A stretch of DNA of 64,000 nt from an uncultured delta proteobacterium. Lineage in GTDB: Bacteria > Desulfobacterota > WTBG01 > CAIYCZ01 > CAIRTM01. Location: assembly GCA_963804955.1 (NCBI GenBank), contig CAWDSQ010000030.1:128001-192000 (forward strand). Direction: 5' to 3'. Within the stretch, counting starts at the first letter, position 1; each line of letters starts with the position of its first letter. Position numbers and translations under genes: made by a program. The notes beneath the pieces are model-generated. The model saw only the letters and a program-made list of their open reading frames with translations, was not told where the DNA came from and searched no databases. Shown one piece after another: positions 47,807 through 58,987 of the stretch.

Positions 47807-48770
47807 ATGTCCCGAATATATATCGATAATGCTCAGTCAATCGGCAATACGCCCCTTGTCCGGCTGAACCGGATTGCCGAGGGTGTGAAGGCCGCTGCCG
47901 TGCTCGGGAAGGTTGAAGGCCGCAACCCGGCTTATTCGGTGAAATGCCGTATCGGTGCGGCCATGATCTGGGATGCCGAAGAGAAAGGCTTTCTGAAGCC
48001 CGGGGTTGAAATCGTCGAGCCCACGAGCGGCAATACGGGCATTGCCCTGGCATATGTGGCGGCAGCCCGGGGCTATAAGCTTACACTGACCATGCCGGAA
48101 ACCATGAGCCTCGAGCGCCGCCGGGTGCTTAGCCGCCTTCGGGGCGAATATTGTGCTGACCCCGGGCTCCGAGGGCATGAGCGGATCGATACGCCGGGCC
48201 GAAGAAATGGCAGCTTCCGACCCGAAGAGATACTTTCTGCCGCAGCAGTTCAAAAATCCGGCCAATCCCGCTATTCATGAAAAAACCACAGGGCCTGAAA
48301 TCTGGAATGATACGGACGGGGCAGTGGATGTGGTCGTGTCCGGCGTGGGCACCGGCGGCACCATAACCGGCATATCCCGCTTTATCAAAAACACGAAGGG
48401 CAAAAAGATTATCTCAGTTGCTGTCGAGCCTGCGGAGAGCCCGGTCATTAGCCAGAAGCTTGCCGGCCAGCCCCTCAAGCCCGCGCCCCATAAGATTCAA
48501 GGCATCGGCGCAGGCTTTATTCCCGACATACTCGATCTGTCTCTTGTTGACCGGGTGGAGAGGGTGGACAGTGCTGAAGCAATCGCAGTGTCGCGGCGGC
48601 TTGCCCTGGATGAAGGCATGCTGAGCGGCATATCAAGCGGCGCGGCAGTGGCTGCGGCCCTGCGCCTTGCGCGGCTGGATGAGTTTGCGGGCAAGACATT
48701 TGTGGTCATTCTGCCCGATGCAGGCGAGCGCTATCTTTCAACGGTTTTATTCGAGGGCATCGGCGCCTGA
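47807..48770 (+). CDS. cysK: Cysteine synthase A, second copy (frameshifted)
   Basis: [44 protein letters not shown]. Confidence 0.95.
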
Positions 48771-48798
48771 TGCTTTATAAAAAACAACTGCTGCAAAA

Positions 48799-48860
48799 TC
48801 CGTTCGCCCTGAGCTTGTCGAAGCGCACCATGTATGGTTCGACCGGCTCACCACGAACGG
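48799..48860. repeat. Palindromic intergenic element (ccgttcg...cgaacgg)
   Basis: ccgttcgccctgagcttgtcgaa pairs imperfectly with ttcgaccggctcaccacgaacgg. Confidence 0.65.
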
Positions 48861-48980
48861 CTGATGAATAGCACTGAATTTTACATGCTCTAAAGGCATC
48901 TAGAGCGAAGGCCCGTGCCGGCGGCAGTTGGGCAGCCGGAAGCGGGCAACGGATAATGTCACAGATAAGTGGAGTGCTCT

Positions 48981-50189
48981 ATGTCAAAGACAATTCAGGA
49001 AATCAACGAAAAGATCAAAAAGGGCTCAGCCGTTGTGGTGACAGCCGAGGAGATCATCGACATTGTGCATAAAAAAGGCGCTAAAAAGGCGGCCGCCGAA
49101 GTCGATGTCGTGACAACGGGCACCTTCGGCCCCATGTGTTCATCAGGGGCCTACTTTAACCTGGGCCATACCAAGCCGCGAATAAAGATCGGCGGCGGCA
49201 CCTGCACCTTAAACGATGTGCCCTGCTATACCGGGCTTGCCGCGGTTGACGTCATTCTGGGCGCCACCGCCATGCCTGACTATGATCAGCGCAATGCATC
49301 CTATCCGGGCTCGTTCAAATACGGCGGCGCTCATGTGATCGAGGATCTTGTGGCAGGCAAAGCGGTGAAGCTTTCGGCAACGGCCTATGGCACCGACTGC
49401 TATCCGAGCAAAAGCGTCGAGACGATGGTCTACCTTGCCGACATGAACGAAGCCGTGCTTTTCGACCCGCGCAATTGCTATCAGAACTACAATGTGGCGG
49501 TTAACTGCTCGGATAAGGTTATCTATACCTACATGGGGCGCCTGCTGCCGCGCATCGGCAATGCCAACTACTGCAGCGCGGGCCAGCTTTCTCCGCTGCT
49601 CAACGATCCGCTGTACAAAACCATCGGCATCGGCACGCGCATATTTCTCGGCGGCGGCCAGGGCTATGTTTCCTGGCAGGGAACGCAGCACAACCCCACT
49701 GTCAAGCGCAGCGACAATGGCGTGCCGCGCATGGGCTCGGGCACGCTTGCCGTTATGGGCGATCTCAAGCAGATGAGCCCCGAGTGGCTGCGCGGCGCGA
49801 GCATGACAGGCTACGGCGTCACGCTCACCGTGGGCATCGGCGTGCCCATACCGATTCTCAATGAGGAAATCGTCCAGTATACCGCCGTGCGCGACGAGGA
49901 GATTTTTGCGCAGGTCATCGACTACAGCAAAAACTATCCCGAGGTGATACCGGGCAGTGTTGCCGAGGTGAACTATGCGCAGCTCAAGACCGGCTCCATC
50001 ACCCTTGAGGGCAGGCAGGTCCCGACGGGCGGCCTTTCAAGCTATGTGTGCGCTCAAAAAATAGCCGCAACGCTCAAGCAGTGGATTGCCGATAAGAAGT
50101 TTTATCTGAGCGAGCCTGCAGCGCTGCTGCCGTCGGTCGACTCCGGCGTCAGCGTCAAGCTCATGGCCGACCGGCCCGTAAAGAAATAA
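48981..50189 (+). CDS. Homocysteine biosynthesis protein (DUF39; L-aspartate semialdehyde sulfurtransferase, MA1821-like), no CBS domains
   Basis: KTIQEINEKI..G.AVVVTAEE, VDVVTTGTFGPMCSSG, YGGAHVIEDL, GTDCYP, PRNCYQNY, AGQLSPLLNDP. Confidence 0.9.
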   Translation: MSKTIQEINEKIKKGSAVVVTAEEIIDIVHKKGAKKAAAEVDVVTTGTFGPMCSSGAYFNLGHTKPRIKIGGGTCTLNDVPCYTGLAAVDVILGATAMPDYDQRNASYPGSFKYGGAHVIEDLVAGKAVKLSATAYGTDCYPSKSVETMVYLADMNEAVLFDPRNCYQNYNVAVNCSDKVIYTYMGRLLPRIGNANYCSAGQLSPLLNDPLYKTIGIGTRIFLGGGQGYVSWQGTQHNPTVKRSDNGVPRMGSGTLAVMGDLKQMSPEWLRGASMTGYGVTLTVGIGVPIPILNEEIVQYTAVRDEEIFAQVIDYSKNYPEVIPGSVAEVNYAQLKTGSITLEGRQVPTGGLSSYVCAQKIAATLKQWIADKKFYLSEPAALLPSVDSGVSVKLMADRPVKK

Positions 50190-50216
50190 CCCTGTTTTTA
50201 ACCGGAGGAATCCGTT

Positions 50217-50624
50217 ATGCCGAAAAAAAGAGTAGTACTCACATTTCCGCCCACGCTGGTGAGCCAGCCCGTTACCTATCACCTGGTGAAGGATTATGAC
50301 CTTATGGTCAATATCCTGCGCGGCGTCGTGACCCCCAATGAAGAAAGCGGCCTTGTGGTTGAGCTGTCGGGGGCCAAGCATGCCCTTGAAGAGGGCATGA
50401 AGTATCTGAGCGATACCGGCATTCATGTGCAGCCCCTGGGGCAGGATATCAAGTGGCATGCAGACAAGTGCACGCACTGCACGGCCTGCATCCCGGCATG
50501 CCCCACGCAGGCCCTTGCCGTTGACCGCGAGAGCATGGAAGTGTCCTTTGAGAAGGATAAATGCATTGCCTGCGAGCTGTGTATTCAGATATGCCCCTAC
50601 AGGGCTGTTGAGATACAGTTTTAA
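50217..50624 (+). CDS. NIL-domain ferredoxin (MA1822-like partner)
   Basis: N-terminal NIL-like domain plus CTHCTAC...CP and CIACELC...CP. Confidence 0.88.
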   Translation: MPKKRVVLTFPPTLVSQPVTYHLVKDYDLMVNILRGVVTPNEESGLVVELSGAKHALEEGMKYLSDTGIHVQPLGQDIKWHADKCTHCTACIPACPTQALAVDRESMEVSFEKDKCIACELCIQICPYRAVEIQF

Positions 50625-50717
50625 GCAGCGGGCGGGGTTTATCCCCGCCCATTGCATGATCAAGCGGTGCGCACAGCGCACCCTGTCATTTTTTATGTAC
50701 CGGAGGCATAATCCCCC

Positions 50718-51628
50718 ATGTCCGACCAGCAGCTGATTGAAAAAATTGAGGCCTTGAAGGCCGATCGCAATGCCATCATTCTTGCCCATAACTATCAGCG
50801 CGATGAGGTTCAGGACCTTGCCGATTATACGGGCGATTCTCTTGGACTCAGCATACGCGCCGCCCAAACCGATGCCGATGTGATCGTTTTCTGCGGCGTG
50901 CACTTCATGGCCGAAACCGCCTCTATTCTTTGCCCGGAAAAAACCGTGCTTATGCCCGACCCTGATGCGGGCTGCCCCATGGCAGACATGATAACAGCCC
51001 TGCAGCTGCGCGATCTGAAGGCGCAGCATCCCGGCGCCGTCGTGGTCACCTATGTCAATTCATCGGCTGAGGTCAAGGCTGAGACCGATGTGTGCTGCAC
51101 ATCGTCAAACGCGGTGAAGGTCGTGCAGTCGCTCAAAGACGCGCAAGAGATTATTTTCGTGCCCGACCAGTATCTCGGCTCATTTGTCGCAAAGCAGACC
51201 GGCCGCGAGATGATACTGTGGCAGGGCTACTGCCCCACGCATATGCGCATTACCCCTGAACACATACAGCGCCAGAAGGCCGCCCATCCCGCAGCAGAGG
51301 TGCTCGTGCATCCCGAATGCACGCAGCCCGTGGTGGCTTGCGCCGATTATGCCCTTTCTACCGAAGGCATCTGCCGCAGGGCCCATGAGTCACAGCGGCT
51401 GAGTTTATCATCGGCACGGAACTTGGCGTCATGTACCGCCTGAAGAAAGAAAACCCGGGCAAGACCTTTTACCCGGCAACGGATTTTGCCCTTTGCCCCA
51501 ATATGAAGAAGACCACGCTTGAAAAGATTCTCTGGTGCCTTGAAGGCATGAAGTACGAGGTGCGCGTGCCCGAGGATATTCGCGTGCGCGCCCGCCGTGC
51601 AGTTGACCGCATGGTTGCCATTGTGTAA
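50718..51628 (+). CDS. nadA: Quinolinate synthase (frameshift near 51410)
   Basis: [42 protein letters not shown]. Confidence 0.95.
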
Positions 51629-51760
51629 AAAAATTAAAAAATTGAATATTTTATTTTTTTCCTCTTGCGCCCTCCTTAATGTTTGTTATATATAACTATA
51701 CAATTTCTGAAATTTAAACGCTGAGGTTTGAAAAACTGACTGTACATTGATCCACGGAAG

Positions 51761-52891
51761 GTGAATAACCGCGTGAAGCCGCAGTCGGAAACCCAACCGA
51801 TCCATTATAGATACTTTATCAACATGGGGCCGCAGCACCCGAGCACCCACGGCGTGCTGCGCCTGGTGGTGGGGCTCTACGGCGAGTATGTGCTGAGCCT
51901 TGAGCCGGTCATCGGCTACGGGCACCGCATGCAGGAGCTTATGGCCGAGCGGCGCCCCTGGCCCGCATTTCTTCCCAATACCGCCCGCATGGATTATGCC
52001 TGCGGCCTGCCGCATCAGCACTGCTATCTGCTGGCTATCGAGAAAATGCTGGGCATTGCCGTTGCGGAACGCGCCGAATATCTCCGCGTCATCACCACCG
52101 AAATCAACCGCATCGTCAGCCATCTCCTGTGGCTGGGGGCAAATCTGCTTGACCTTGGCGCTTTCACACCGATTCTGTACTGCTTTGACGACCGCGAAAA
52201 TTTTCTCGATATTCTTGAAGATGTAACCGGCTCGCGCCTCACGCACTGCTGGTACCGGGCAGGCGGCGTACTCAATGACGTGCCCGCTGATTTTGCCGAC
52301 CGGCTGCGCGCCGTTGTCAAACGCATGTACGGCCGCTTTGATATATACAAGAATCTCGTCACCGATAATATTATCTTTCAGAAACGCACCAAAGATATCG
52401 GCATCATCACGCCCGACATGGCGCGGCGCTATGGCGCCACGGGGCCGGTGCTGCGCGGCAGCGGCATTGCCTATGATATCCGCAAGAGCCAGCCGTATTC
52501 GATTTACCCGCAGCTTGATTTTGACGTGCCTGTGGGCGAGAAGGGCGACTGCTTTGACCGCTATATCGTGCATATTGAGGAGATGCGCCAGAGCCTGCGC
52601 ATAATCGAGCAGTGCCTGGACCGCCTTCCCGAAGGCGAGATCAGGACGAAGCTGCCAAAGAAGATGGTACTGCCTCCCGGCGACTGCACATTTTCCGTGG
52701 AAGGCGCCCGGGGCGAGGTGACCTATTATCTTGTGGGCGACGGCACCGACATACCGTACCGGCTTAAAGTGCGCGCACCGTGTTTCTCAAACCTGAGCCT
52801 GCTGCCCGAGCTGTGTCAGGACATGCTGCTTGCCGACATGATTGCCACCATGGGAAGCCTTGATCTGGTGATACCGGAGGTGGACAGGTAG
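51761..52891 (+). CDS. nuoD: NADH-quinone oxidoreductase subunit D-like
   Basis: NMGPQHPSTHGVLR, RMDY, GPVLRGSG, EGARGE; C-terminal EVDR with no Ni-binding CxxC. Confidence 0.92.
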   Translation: MNNRVKPQSETQPIHYRYFINMGPQHPSTHGVLRLVVGLYGEYVLSLEPVIGYGHRMQELMAERRPWPAFLPNTARMDYACGLPHQHCYLLAIEKMLGIAVAERAEYLRVITTEINRIVSHLLWLGANLLDLGAFTPILYCFDDRENFLDILEDVTGSRLTHCWYRAGGVLNDVPADFADRLRAVVKRMYGRFDIYKNLVTDNIIFQKRTKDIGIITPDMARRYGATGPVLRGSGIAYDIRKSQPYSIYPQLDFDVPVGEKGDCFDRYIVHIEEMRQSLRIIEQCLDRLPEGEIRTKLPKKMVLPPGDCTFSVEGARGEVTYYLVGDGTDIPYRLKVRAPCFSNLSLLPELCQDMLLADMIATMGSLDLVIPEVDR

Positions 52892-53116
52892 GATTGTTGT
52901 TGGTTTGATTGGTTCAATTGGTTTTGCTGGTTGTATGTGTTGTTTTGAATTGAAGTCAGTGGGGTAGGCTGGTGGGTGAAACCACTCTATTGGTGAGAAT
53001 GAATTACATTTGGTGGATTGCACCCACCCTGACATAATTAATAATGAAACACATTGAACCAATCAATTTAACCAATTCAGCTAATTCAACTAATTCAACC
53101 AATCAAACATATTTAA
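52892..53116. repeat. Inverted arrays of about 9-nt repeats around a degenerate REP-like doublet
   Basis: Left arm gattggttcaattgg..., right arm aaccaattcagctaattcaactaattcaaccaatc; centre ggtgggtgaaaccac...gtggattgcacccacc. Confidence 0.65.
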
Positions 53117-54104
53117 ATGGATTTATTAAACAACATACCGCCCCATCTTTTCCGCATGATCATAGCCGTGGCCGTGGTGATCGGGTTTGTGTTTGCCAAT
53201 GCCACGGTCATGGGCTATCTCGAGCGCAAGCTTGCCGGCCGCTTTCAGCGCAGGCTCGGGCCCATGGAGGTGGGGTGGCACGGCATACTGCAGATGCCTG
53301 TCGACGGCATCAAGCTCATAGCCAAACAGCTTATCGTGCCCGACAATGTGGCAGGCGTGCTTTTTTATGCCGCCCCGATCATAGCGCTGGCGCCCGTGGC
53401 CCTGCCGTTTCTTGTTATTCCCTTTGCCCCCGGCCTTCAGGTGATCGACCTTGATGTGGGCGTCATATTCCTTCTTACCATGATTTCCTTTAACACAGTT
53501 GCCGTTTTTCTTGCGGGATGGAGTTCCAATAACAACTATGCCATGATCGGAGCCATGCGCGCGGTGGCGCAGAATATTTCCTATGAAATTCCGATACTGC
53601 TGTCCGTGCTGGCCATTGCTCTCATGACCAATACGTTCAGCATGAAGGCAATCATTGAAGCGCAGAAGAGCATCTGGTTTATTATTGTTCAGCCCGCGGC
53701 TTTTATCATGATGTTTATCTGCGCTATCGCCGAGACAAACCGGGCGCCCTTTGATCTGGCCGAGGGGGAAAGCGAACTGACCGCCGGCTTTCATACCGAG
53801 TACAGCGGCATTGCCTTCAGCACTGTTCATGATTGCCGAATATACCTATATGTTTGTGAACTGCTGCCTGGTAACAGCACTTTTTCTCGGCGGGTGGAAG
53901 GGCATACCGCTCCCCTTTGGCGAGTACAGCTCCTGCATCTGGTTTTTTGCCAAGGTGTATTTCCTGATGTTTGTCATTGTCTGGTGCCGCTGGACATATC
54001 CCCGCGTGCGTTTTGATCAGCTTATGAATTTTTCCTGGAAGTATCTTATACCGCTGTCACTGGTAAATCTTCTCGTAACAGCCATACTGGTGAAGCTGCT
54101 GTGA
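53117..54104 (+). CDS. nuoH: NADH-quinone oxidoreductase subunit H (one frameshift near 53820)
   Basis: [53 protein letters not shown]. Confidence 0.95.
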
Positions 54105-54568
54105 AAAAGTACTTTAGCGAACTGCTAACCGGGGCACAAAGCCTTATTGCCGGCTTTGCCGTGACGCTCAAGGCGCTGCTGTCGCCCGTGGTAACGGTTC
54201 AGTACCCGCGTGAAAAGCTTCCCGTGGGGAAAGGCTACAGGGGCCACCCGCACCTGGTAATGGATGAAACAGGCCGGCCAAAATGCATCGCCTGCGGCAG
54301 CTGCATGCGCCTGTGCCCGTCGCAGTGCTTTACGGTGCAGGGTGAGAAAAAGGAAGGGGATAAACGAAAATACCCGACGGTGTTTCAGGTGGATTTTACC
54401 CGATGCAGCCTGTGCGGCACCTGCAGCGAGGTATGCCCGGTGGCGGCAATTGAATATTCTGATGTATACGGAATTGCGGGATTTACCCGTGAGGAGTTTG
54501 TGTATGATTTGCTGGCTGATGTGCCCGGCCTTGTAGAGACAGGTTTCAAACCTGTCTCTGCGGATTAA
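54101..54568 (+). CDS. nuoI: NADH-quinone oxidoreductase subunit I
   Basis: [27 protein letters not shown]. Confidence 0.93.
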   Translation: MKKYFSELLTGAQSLIAGFAVTLKALLSPVVTVQYPREKLPVGKGYRGHPHLVMDETGRPKCIACGSCMRLCPSQCFTVQGEKKEGDKRKYPTVFQVDFTRCSLCGTCSEVCPVAAIEYSDVYGIAGFTREEFVYDLLADVPGLVETGFKPVSAD

Positions 54569-54595
54569 AAACACCGAGTAGGCGATATAAATATA

Positions 54596-55123
54596 ATGCA
54601 TTTTTATCAAATAATTTCTGAGATCATTTTCTGGCTGCTGGTGCTTATCACCATGGGCGGCGGTTTTGTTGCCATCGGCGCGCGCATGCTCATCTATTCG
54701 CTGCTGGGCCTCTCAATAACATTCCTTGGCGTTGCGGGCCTGTATATCTATCTCGGGAGCTTATTTGTTTCCCTGCTGCAGGTGCTTATTTACGGCGGAG
54801 CCATCTGCATAGTTCTGGTGTTTGGTATCATGGTCGGTTACACGCCGCGCCAGATTGTTGAAACGCGCATCAGGAGCGAGAACCTGCTGCTGGCCGTTCC
54901 GACCTGCGGGCTGGGCGTAGCTCTTTTATTTTTTGCCATCCGGCGCACAGGCTGGTTCCCGGCGGCGCAGCGTCTTACTGATTATTCTATTGAACGGGTA
55001 GGGCATACCCTTTTGTATGATTTTTGTCTCGGCTTTGAGCTTATCTCGCTGCTGCTGCTTGTGGGGATGATCGGCGCAATTATTGTCTCCAACAGTCAGG
55101 AGGATGAATCCGATGGGGAGTGA
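54596..55123 (+). CDS. nuoJ: NADH-quinone oxidoreductase subunit J
   Basis: LQVLIYGGAI, FELISLLLLV.MIGAI. Confidence 0.9.
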   Translation: MHFYQIISEIIFWLLVLITMGGGFVAIGARMLIYSLLGLSITFLGVAGLYIYLGSLFVSLLQVLIYGGAICIVLVFGIMVGYTPRQIVETRIRSENLLLAVPTCGLGVALLFFAIRRTGWFPAAQRLTDYSIERVGHTLLYDFCLGFELISLLLLVGMIGAIIVSNSQEDESDGE

Positions 55124-55427
55124 GAGCCTGAATACCTATCTGCTTGTTGCAGGCTTTCTGCTGGTGGCCGGCATCTACGGCATGGTTCAGAAGCGCTCGT
55201 TTATAGGCATGCTGATATCAATAGAGCTGATTTTGAACGGAGCGGGCCTCAATGTCATGGCCCTGAACCGTTTTCTTGCGCCCGACCCTGCCGTGGGGCA
55301 GGTGATAACTCTTTTTATTATGGGCATCGCCGCTACCGAAGCGGCTATCGGCGTTAGCTTTATACTTGCGGTCTATAAGAAATTCAGGACCATCGATCCC
55401 AGCAGAATATTTACGATGAAACGGTAA
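55113..55427 (+). CDS. nuoK: NADH-quinone oxidoreductase subunit K
   Basis: MLISIELILNGA.LN, IAATEAAIG. Confidence 0.92.
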   Translation: MGSESLNTYLLVAGFLLVAGIYGMVQKRSFIGMLISIELILNGAGLNVMALNRFLAPDPAVGQVITLFIMGIAATEAAIGVSFILAVYKKFRTIDPSRIFTMKR

Positions 55428-55428
55428 T

Positions 55429-56913
55429 ATGACGAACAGCTACCTACTGCTGCTGCCACCTGCGCTCCCGGCGATCGCGGCGATTATTGTGCTTATGCTC
55501 CGAAAGCGCCCCGCGATCAGGGACTGCGTTCCGGTCATCGGCGCTGTGCTTACGTTCTGCTCGGTGCTGCAGCTTGCCCCTGCTGTGCTGGCAGGCCAGG
55601 TGTGCCGCGCAAGCCTGTTTACCCTGCTGCCGGGGATAACGGTAGCACTGCGCATCGACGGCATGGGCCTGCTGTTTGCCGGCACAGCTTCGTTTCTCTG
55701 GATAGCAGCGAGCCTGTACTGCATCGGCTATATGCGCATACTGCGCGAACATGCCCAGACGCGTTTCTACGTGTGCTACGCTGCTGCCGTCGGCGGGGCC
55801 ATGGGTGTTGCCTTCTCCGAAAATCTTTTCACCCTCTATTTTTTTTACGAGATCGTCTCCATCTTCACCTATCCGCTGGTGGCACACCACCAGGACGGCA
55901 AGGCCTATGACGGAGCGCGCAAATACCTCACCTATCTCATGTTCGCCTCCAAGGCGCTGCTGCTGCCTGCCATGGCGATTATCTATATCACGTGCGGCAC
56001 GCTCGACTTCAACATGGCCGACATTCACCGGGGTGTTTTTCCTGCGGGCGCCAACCCTGCTGTCATACAGGCCTGCTACTTCATGATGCTGTTCGGTTTT
56101 GCAAAAGCAGCCATCATCCCCCTGCACAGCTGGCTGCCGGCGGCCATGGTTGCGCCCACGCCCGTGAGCGCCCTTCTGCATGCTGTTGTTGTGGTGAAGG
56201 TCGGGGTGTTTTCAGTCTGCCGCATGATGCTGTCGCTGTTCGGGACCGAGCGCCTTGCATCACTTGATCTTGGTACCGCCACAGCCTGGATTGCGGCCTT
56301 TACGATACTGACAGCATCGATCATCGCCATGACCAAGACAGATCTCAAGGCCCGGCTTGCCTACTCAACCGTCAGCCAGCTTTCCTATATCGTGCTGGGC
56401 GTTGCCATGCTCGTGCCCAACGGGGTAACGGGAGGGCTCATTCATATCGCCAACCACGCATTTTCCAAGATAAGCCTCTTTTTTTGCGCCGGGGCGATCA
56501 TTTGCGCAACCAGCAAAACCGACATTCGCGATATGGGGGGCTTAGCGCGTCAGATGCCTGCAACATTGGCGGTCTTTGCCCTGGCAGCGCTCTCCATGAT
56601 CGGCGTTCCGCCGGTCGGCGGTTTTGTGAGCAAGTGGTACCTGGCTGTGGGTGCTTTGGATATAAAGAGCACCGGGCTGCTGGCCGTGATACTGGTGAGC
56701 AGCATTCTGAACGCTTATTATTTCGGCGAGGTGGTGCTGCGCGGATTTTTCGGCAACCCGCCCGAAGGTACTGCTTTGGCTGAAGGCTCTCTTGAATCAA
56801 CAACTCTCATGAGGCTTATGATTTATCCCACGGCGGTCGCAGCGGCCCTGTCCGTCGCGTGGGGCATGTACCCTGATTTGTTTTTGAAAATCATCAGCCT
56901 GAAGCTCGGTTGA
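55429..56913 (+). CDS. MrpD/NuoL-like antiporter subunit
   Basis: KAAIIPLHSWLP.AMVAPTPVSALLHA, LKARLAYSTVSQLSY, NHAFSKI.LFF.AG. Confidence 0.9.
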   Translation: MTNSYLLLLPPALPAIAAIIVLMLRKRPAIRDCVPVIGAVLTFCSVLQLAPAVLAGQVCRASLFTLLPGITVALRIDGMGLLFAGTASFLWIAASLYCIGYMRILREHAQTRFYVCYAAAVGGAMGVAFSENLFTLYFFYEIVSIFTYPLVAHHQDGKAYDGARKYLTYLMFASKALLLPAMAIIYITCGTLDFNMADIHRGVFPAGANPAVIQACYFMMLFGFAKAAIIPLHSWLPAAMVAPTPVSALLHAVVVVKVGVFSVCRMMLSLFGTERLASLDLGTATAWIAAFTILTASIIAMTKTDLKARLAYSTVSQLSYIVLGVAMLVPNGVTGGLIHIANHAFSKISLFFCAGAIICATSKTDIRDMGGLARQMPATLAVFALAALSMIGVPPVGGFVSKWYLAVGALDIKSTGLLAVILVSSILNAYYFGEVVLRGFFGNPPEGTALAEGSLESTTLMRLMIYPTAVAAALSVAWGMYPDLFLKIISLKLG

Positions 56914-56973
56914 TTGATGCAGCCGGGGCAGGGCGCACCGGCTTCGCGGATACATAGTAGTAGAGAAGGACAT

Positions 56974-57222
56974 ATGCTCATAAAGATTCTCGCATTTCTG
57001 AACAGCCGGACCGGCGCGCTTCGCGTGCTGTTTTTTGCCGTTCTGGCGGCATGCTCCATTGCCGATATCTTTGTGCCCCGGCATGAGGCGCACTTTTTCG
57101 GCGACAGCGTGCCGGTCTTCTGGACGGTGTTCGGCCTGGGCTGCTGCCTTGCCATGTCGTTTATCTGCAAGTGGATTTCAAAACATATGATAGCGCGATC
57201 CGAGGACTATTATGACGGCTAA
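56974..57222 (+). CDS. Small two-TM protein within the complex-I-like operon
   Basis: Two hydrophobic segments, HF.GD..P.FW..FG, C-terminal R.EDYY; overlaps the next gene. Confidence 0.75.
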   Translation: MLIKILAFLNSRTGALRVLFFAVLAACSIADIFVPRHEAHFFGDSVPVFWTVFGLGCCLAMSFICKWISKHMIARSEDYYDG

Positions 57223-58978
57223 TCTGCTGCTCCAGCACCCGTCTTTTTTGTTTATACTGGCTGCCGTGCTCATGCCGCTGTTTAGCCGCATGCGGATTCA
57301 GAAGGTTGCGCTTCTGGCTGTTCCGCTCATTGCATTTTACCAGATTAATACGCTGCCGTCTTCTGCCGGCGCCTGCCAGTATCTCGGGCTGCAGCTGAGT
57401 TTTATCAGGGCTGATCAACTGACCTATATCTTCCTGAATGTTTTCACCATAATGGCATTCATCGGTGCAGTGTACAGCCTGCATGTCAAGGACTGGGCGC
57501 AGCACACGGCATCCTTCCTCTATGTGGCAGGATCTCTGGGCGTGACGCTCAGCGGTGATTACGTGACGCTGTTTATTTTCTGGGAGCTCATGGCCCTGGC
57601 CTCTACGTTTCTCATCTGGCTTCGGTGCTCGCAGCAGTCCCGCGGGGCCGGATTGCGGTACCTGCTGGTGCATATCGCGGGCGGCCTTGCGCTGCTGGCA
57701 GGCATTGTGCTCAAGTACAGCGCCACCGGGGATTTAAGCTTCGTGCAGGTGCCTGTGAACAGCGCCGGCATAGCCGACTATTTCATCATGGCGGGTTTCA
57801 TGCTCAATGCCGCTGTGCCGCCCCTGCATGCATGGCTGGCTGATGCCTATCCTGAAGCAACCGTTTGCGGCGCGGTTTTTATGTGCGCATTTACGACAAA
57901 GACGGCGGTGTATGTTTTATGCCGTGCTTTTCCGGGCTTTGAAGTGCTTGCGGTTATGGGCGCCATTATGGCCGTCTACGGCGTCTGCTTCGCCATTATC
58001 GAAAACGACGCGCGCCGCATACTCTCCTATCATATCATCAGCCAGGTAGGCTACATGGTCTGCGGCATCGGTATCGGCACCGACATGGCGGTAAACGGCG
58101 CCTGCGCTCATGCCTATGCCCATATTTTATATAAAGCCCTGCTTTTTATGGGCGTTGGGTGCGTACTGGAGATGACGGGCAGGCAGAAGCTTTCAGAACT
58201 TGGCGGTCTGTGGCGCAGGATGCCCCTGGCAATGATCTTTACTGTTATCGGTGGTATTTCCATTTCCGGCTTTCCTTTCACCAGCGGCTTTGTGAGTAAA
58301 TCCATGGTTATTTTCGGCGCTGGCGAAGCCCATCGGATAGGACTCCTTGTCATGCTTATGCTGGCCTCAGTGGGAACATTTCTTTCCGTCGGCATCAAAC
58401 TCCCGTATTTTATCTGGTTCGGCAAGGACAGTGGCGTTCCGGCCAGGGACGCGCCCTGGAATATGCAGGCGGGCATGGCAATAGCCGCTTTTTTCTGCTT
58501 TTTTATAGGCTGCTATCCCGAGTTTCTCTATCGTATGCTGCCGCGGCCCGGCGAGTATGAGCCCTATACTGCATACCATTTGTCTGAAACACTTCAGGTT
58601 CTTGGTTATACGGCTCTCGGATTCTATCTGCTGCGCAAGTTCCTTACTCCTCACGCCAACATGAATCTTGATATTGACTGGTTCTATCGCAAGGGCGCGC
58701 AGGCTGTGATGCGGCTGGCCCGCGGGCCGATAGCTGCTGTTGACGGCTGGGTCGGCGAGCTGTACCGAACGGCGGGGATGCGTTCCGCTATGGCCACTGC
58801 GCGCGGGGTTACGGGTTTTGACATGCATGTCATCGACTGCCTTATCGACGGCTTTGCCGGCAAGGTGGTTGTGCTGGGCGAGCATTTTCGAAATCTCCAG
58901 ACAGGCAAGGTGCAGCATTATATCGCCGCCGCAGTCATTTTTATTTTTCTGCTGCTGATATGCGTCGTGCTTATATAG
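57212..58978 (+). CDS. Second MrpD/NuoL-like antiporter subunit
   Basis: NAAVPPLHAWL.DAYP, AFTTKTAVY, RRILSYHIISQVGYM, HILYKALLFM; NuoL-like tail QTGKVQHY. Confidence 0.9.
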   Translation: MTANLLLQHPSFLFILAAVLMPLFSRMRIQKVALLAVPLIAFYQINTLPSSAGACQYLGLQLSFIRADQLTYIFLNVFTIMAFIGAVYSLHVKDWAQHTASFLYVAGSLGVTLSGDYVTLFIFWELMALASTFLIWLRCSQQSRGAGLRYLLVHIAGGLALLAGIVLKYSATGDLSFVQVPVNSAGIADYFIMAGFMLNAAVPPLHAWLADAYPEATVCGAVFMCAFTTKTAVYVLCRAFPGFEVLAVMGAIMAVYGVCFAIIENDARRILSYHIISQVGYMVCGIGIGTDMAVNGACAHAYAHILYKALLFMGVGCVLEMTGRQKLSELGGLWRRMPLAMIFTVIGGISISGFPFTSGFVSKSMVIFGAGEAHRIGLLVMLMLASVGTFLSVGIKLPYFIWFGKDSGVPARDAPWNMQAGMAIAAFFCFFIGCYPEFLYRMLPRPGEYEPYTAYHLSETLQVLGYTALGFYLLRKFLTPHANMNLDIDWFYRKGAQAVMRLARGPIAAVDGWVGELYRTAGMRSAMATARGVTGFDMHVIDCLIDGFAGKVVVLGEHFRNLQTGKVQHYIAAAVIFIFLLLICVVLI

Positions 58979-58987
58979 AAAAGGATT

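Noticed and set aside
51761..52891. Group 4 [NiFe]-hydrogenase large subunit
   Set aside because: Lacks both Ni-binding CxxC motifs; has the NuoD GPQHPSTHG motif and an EVDR end.
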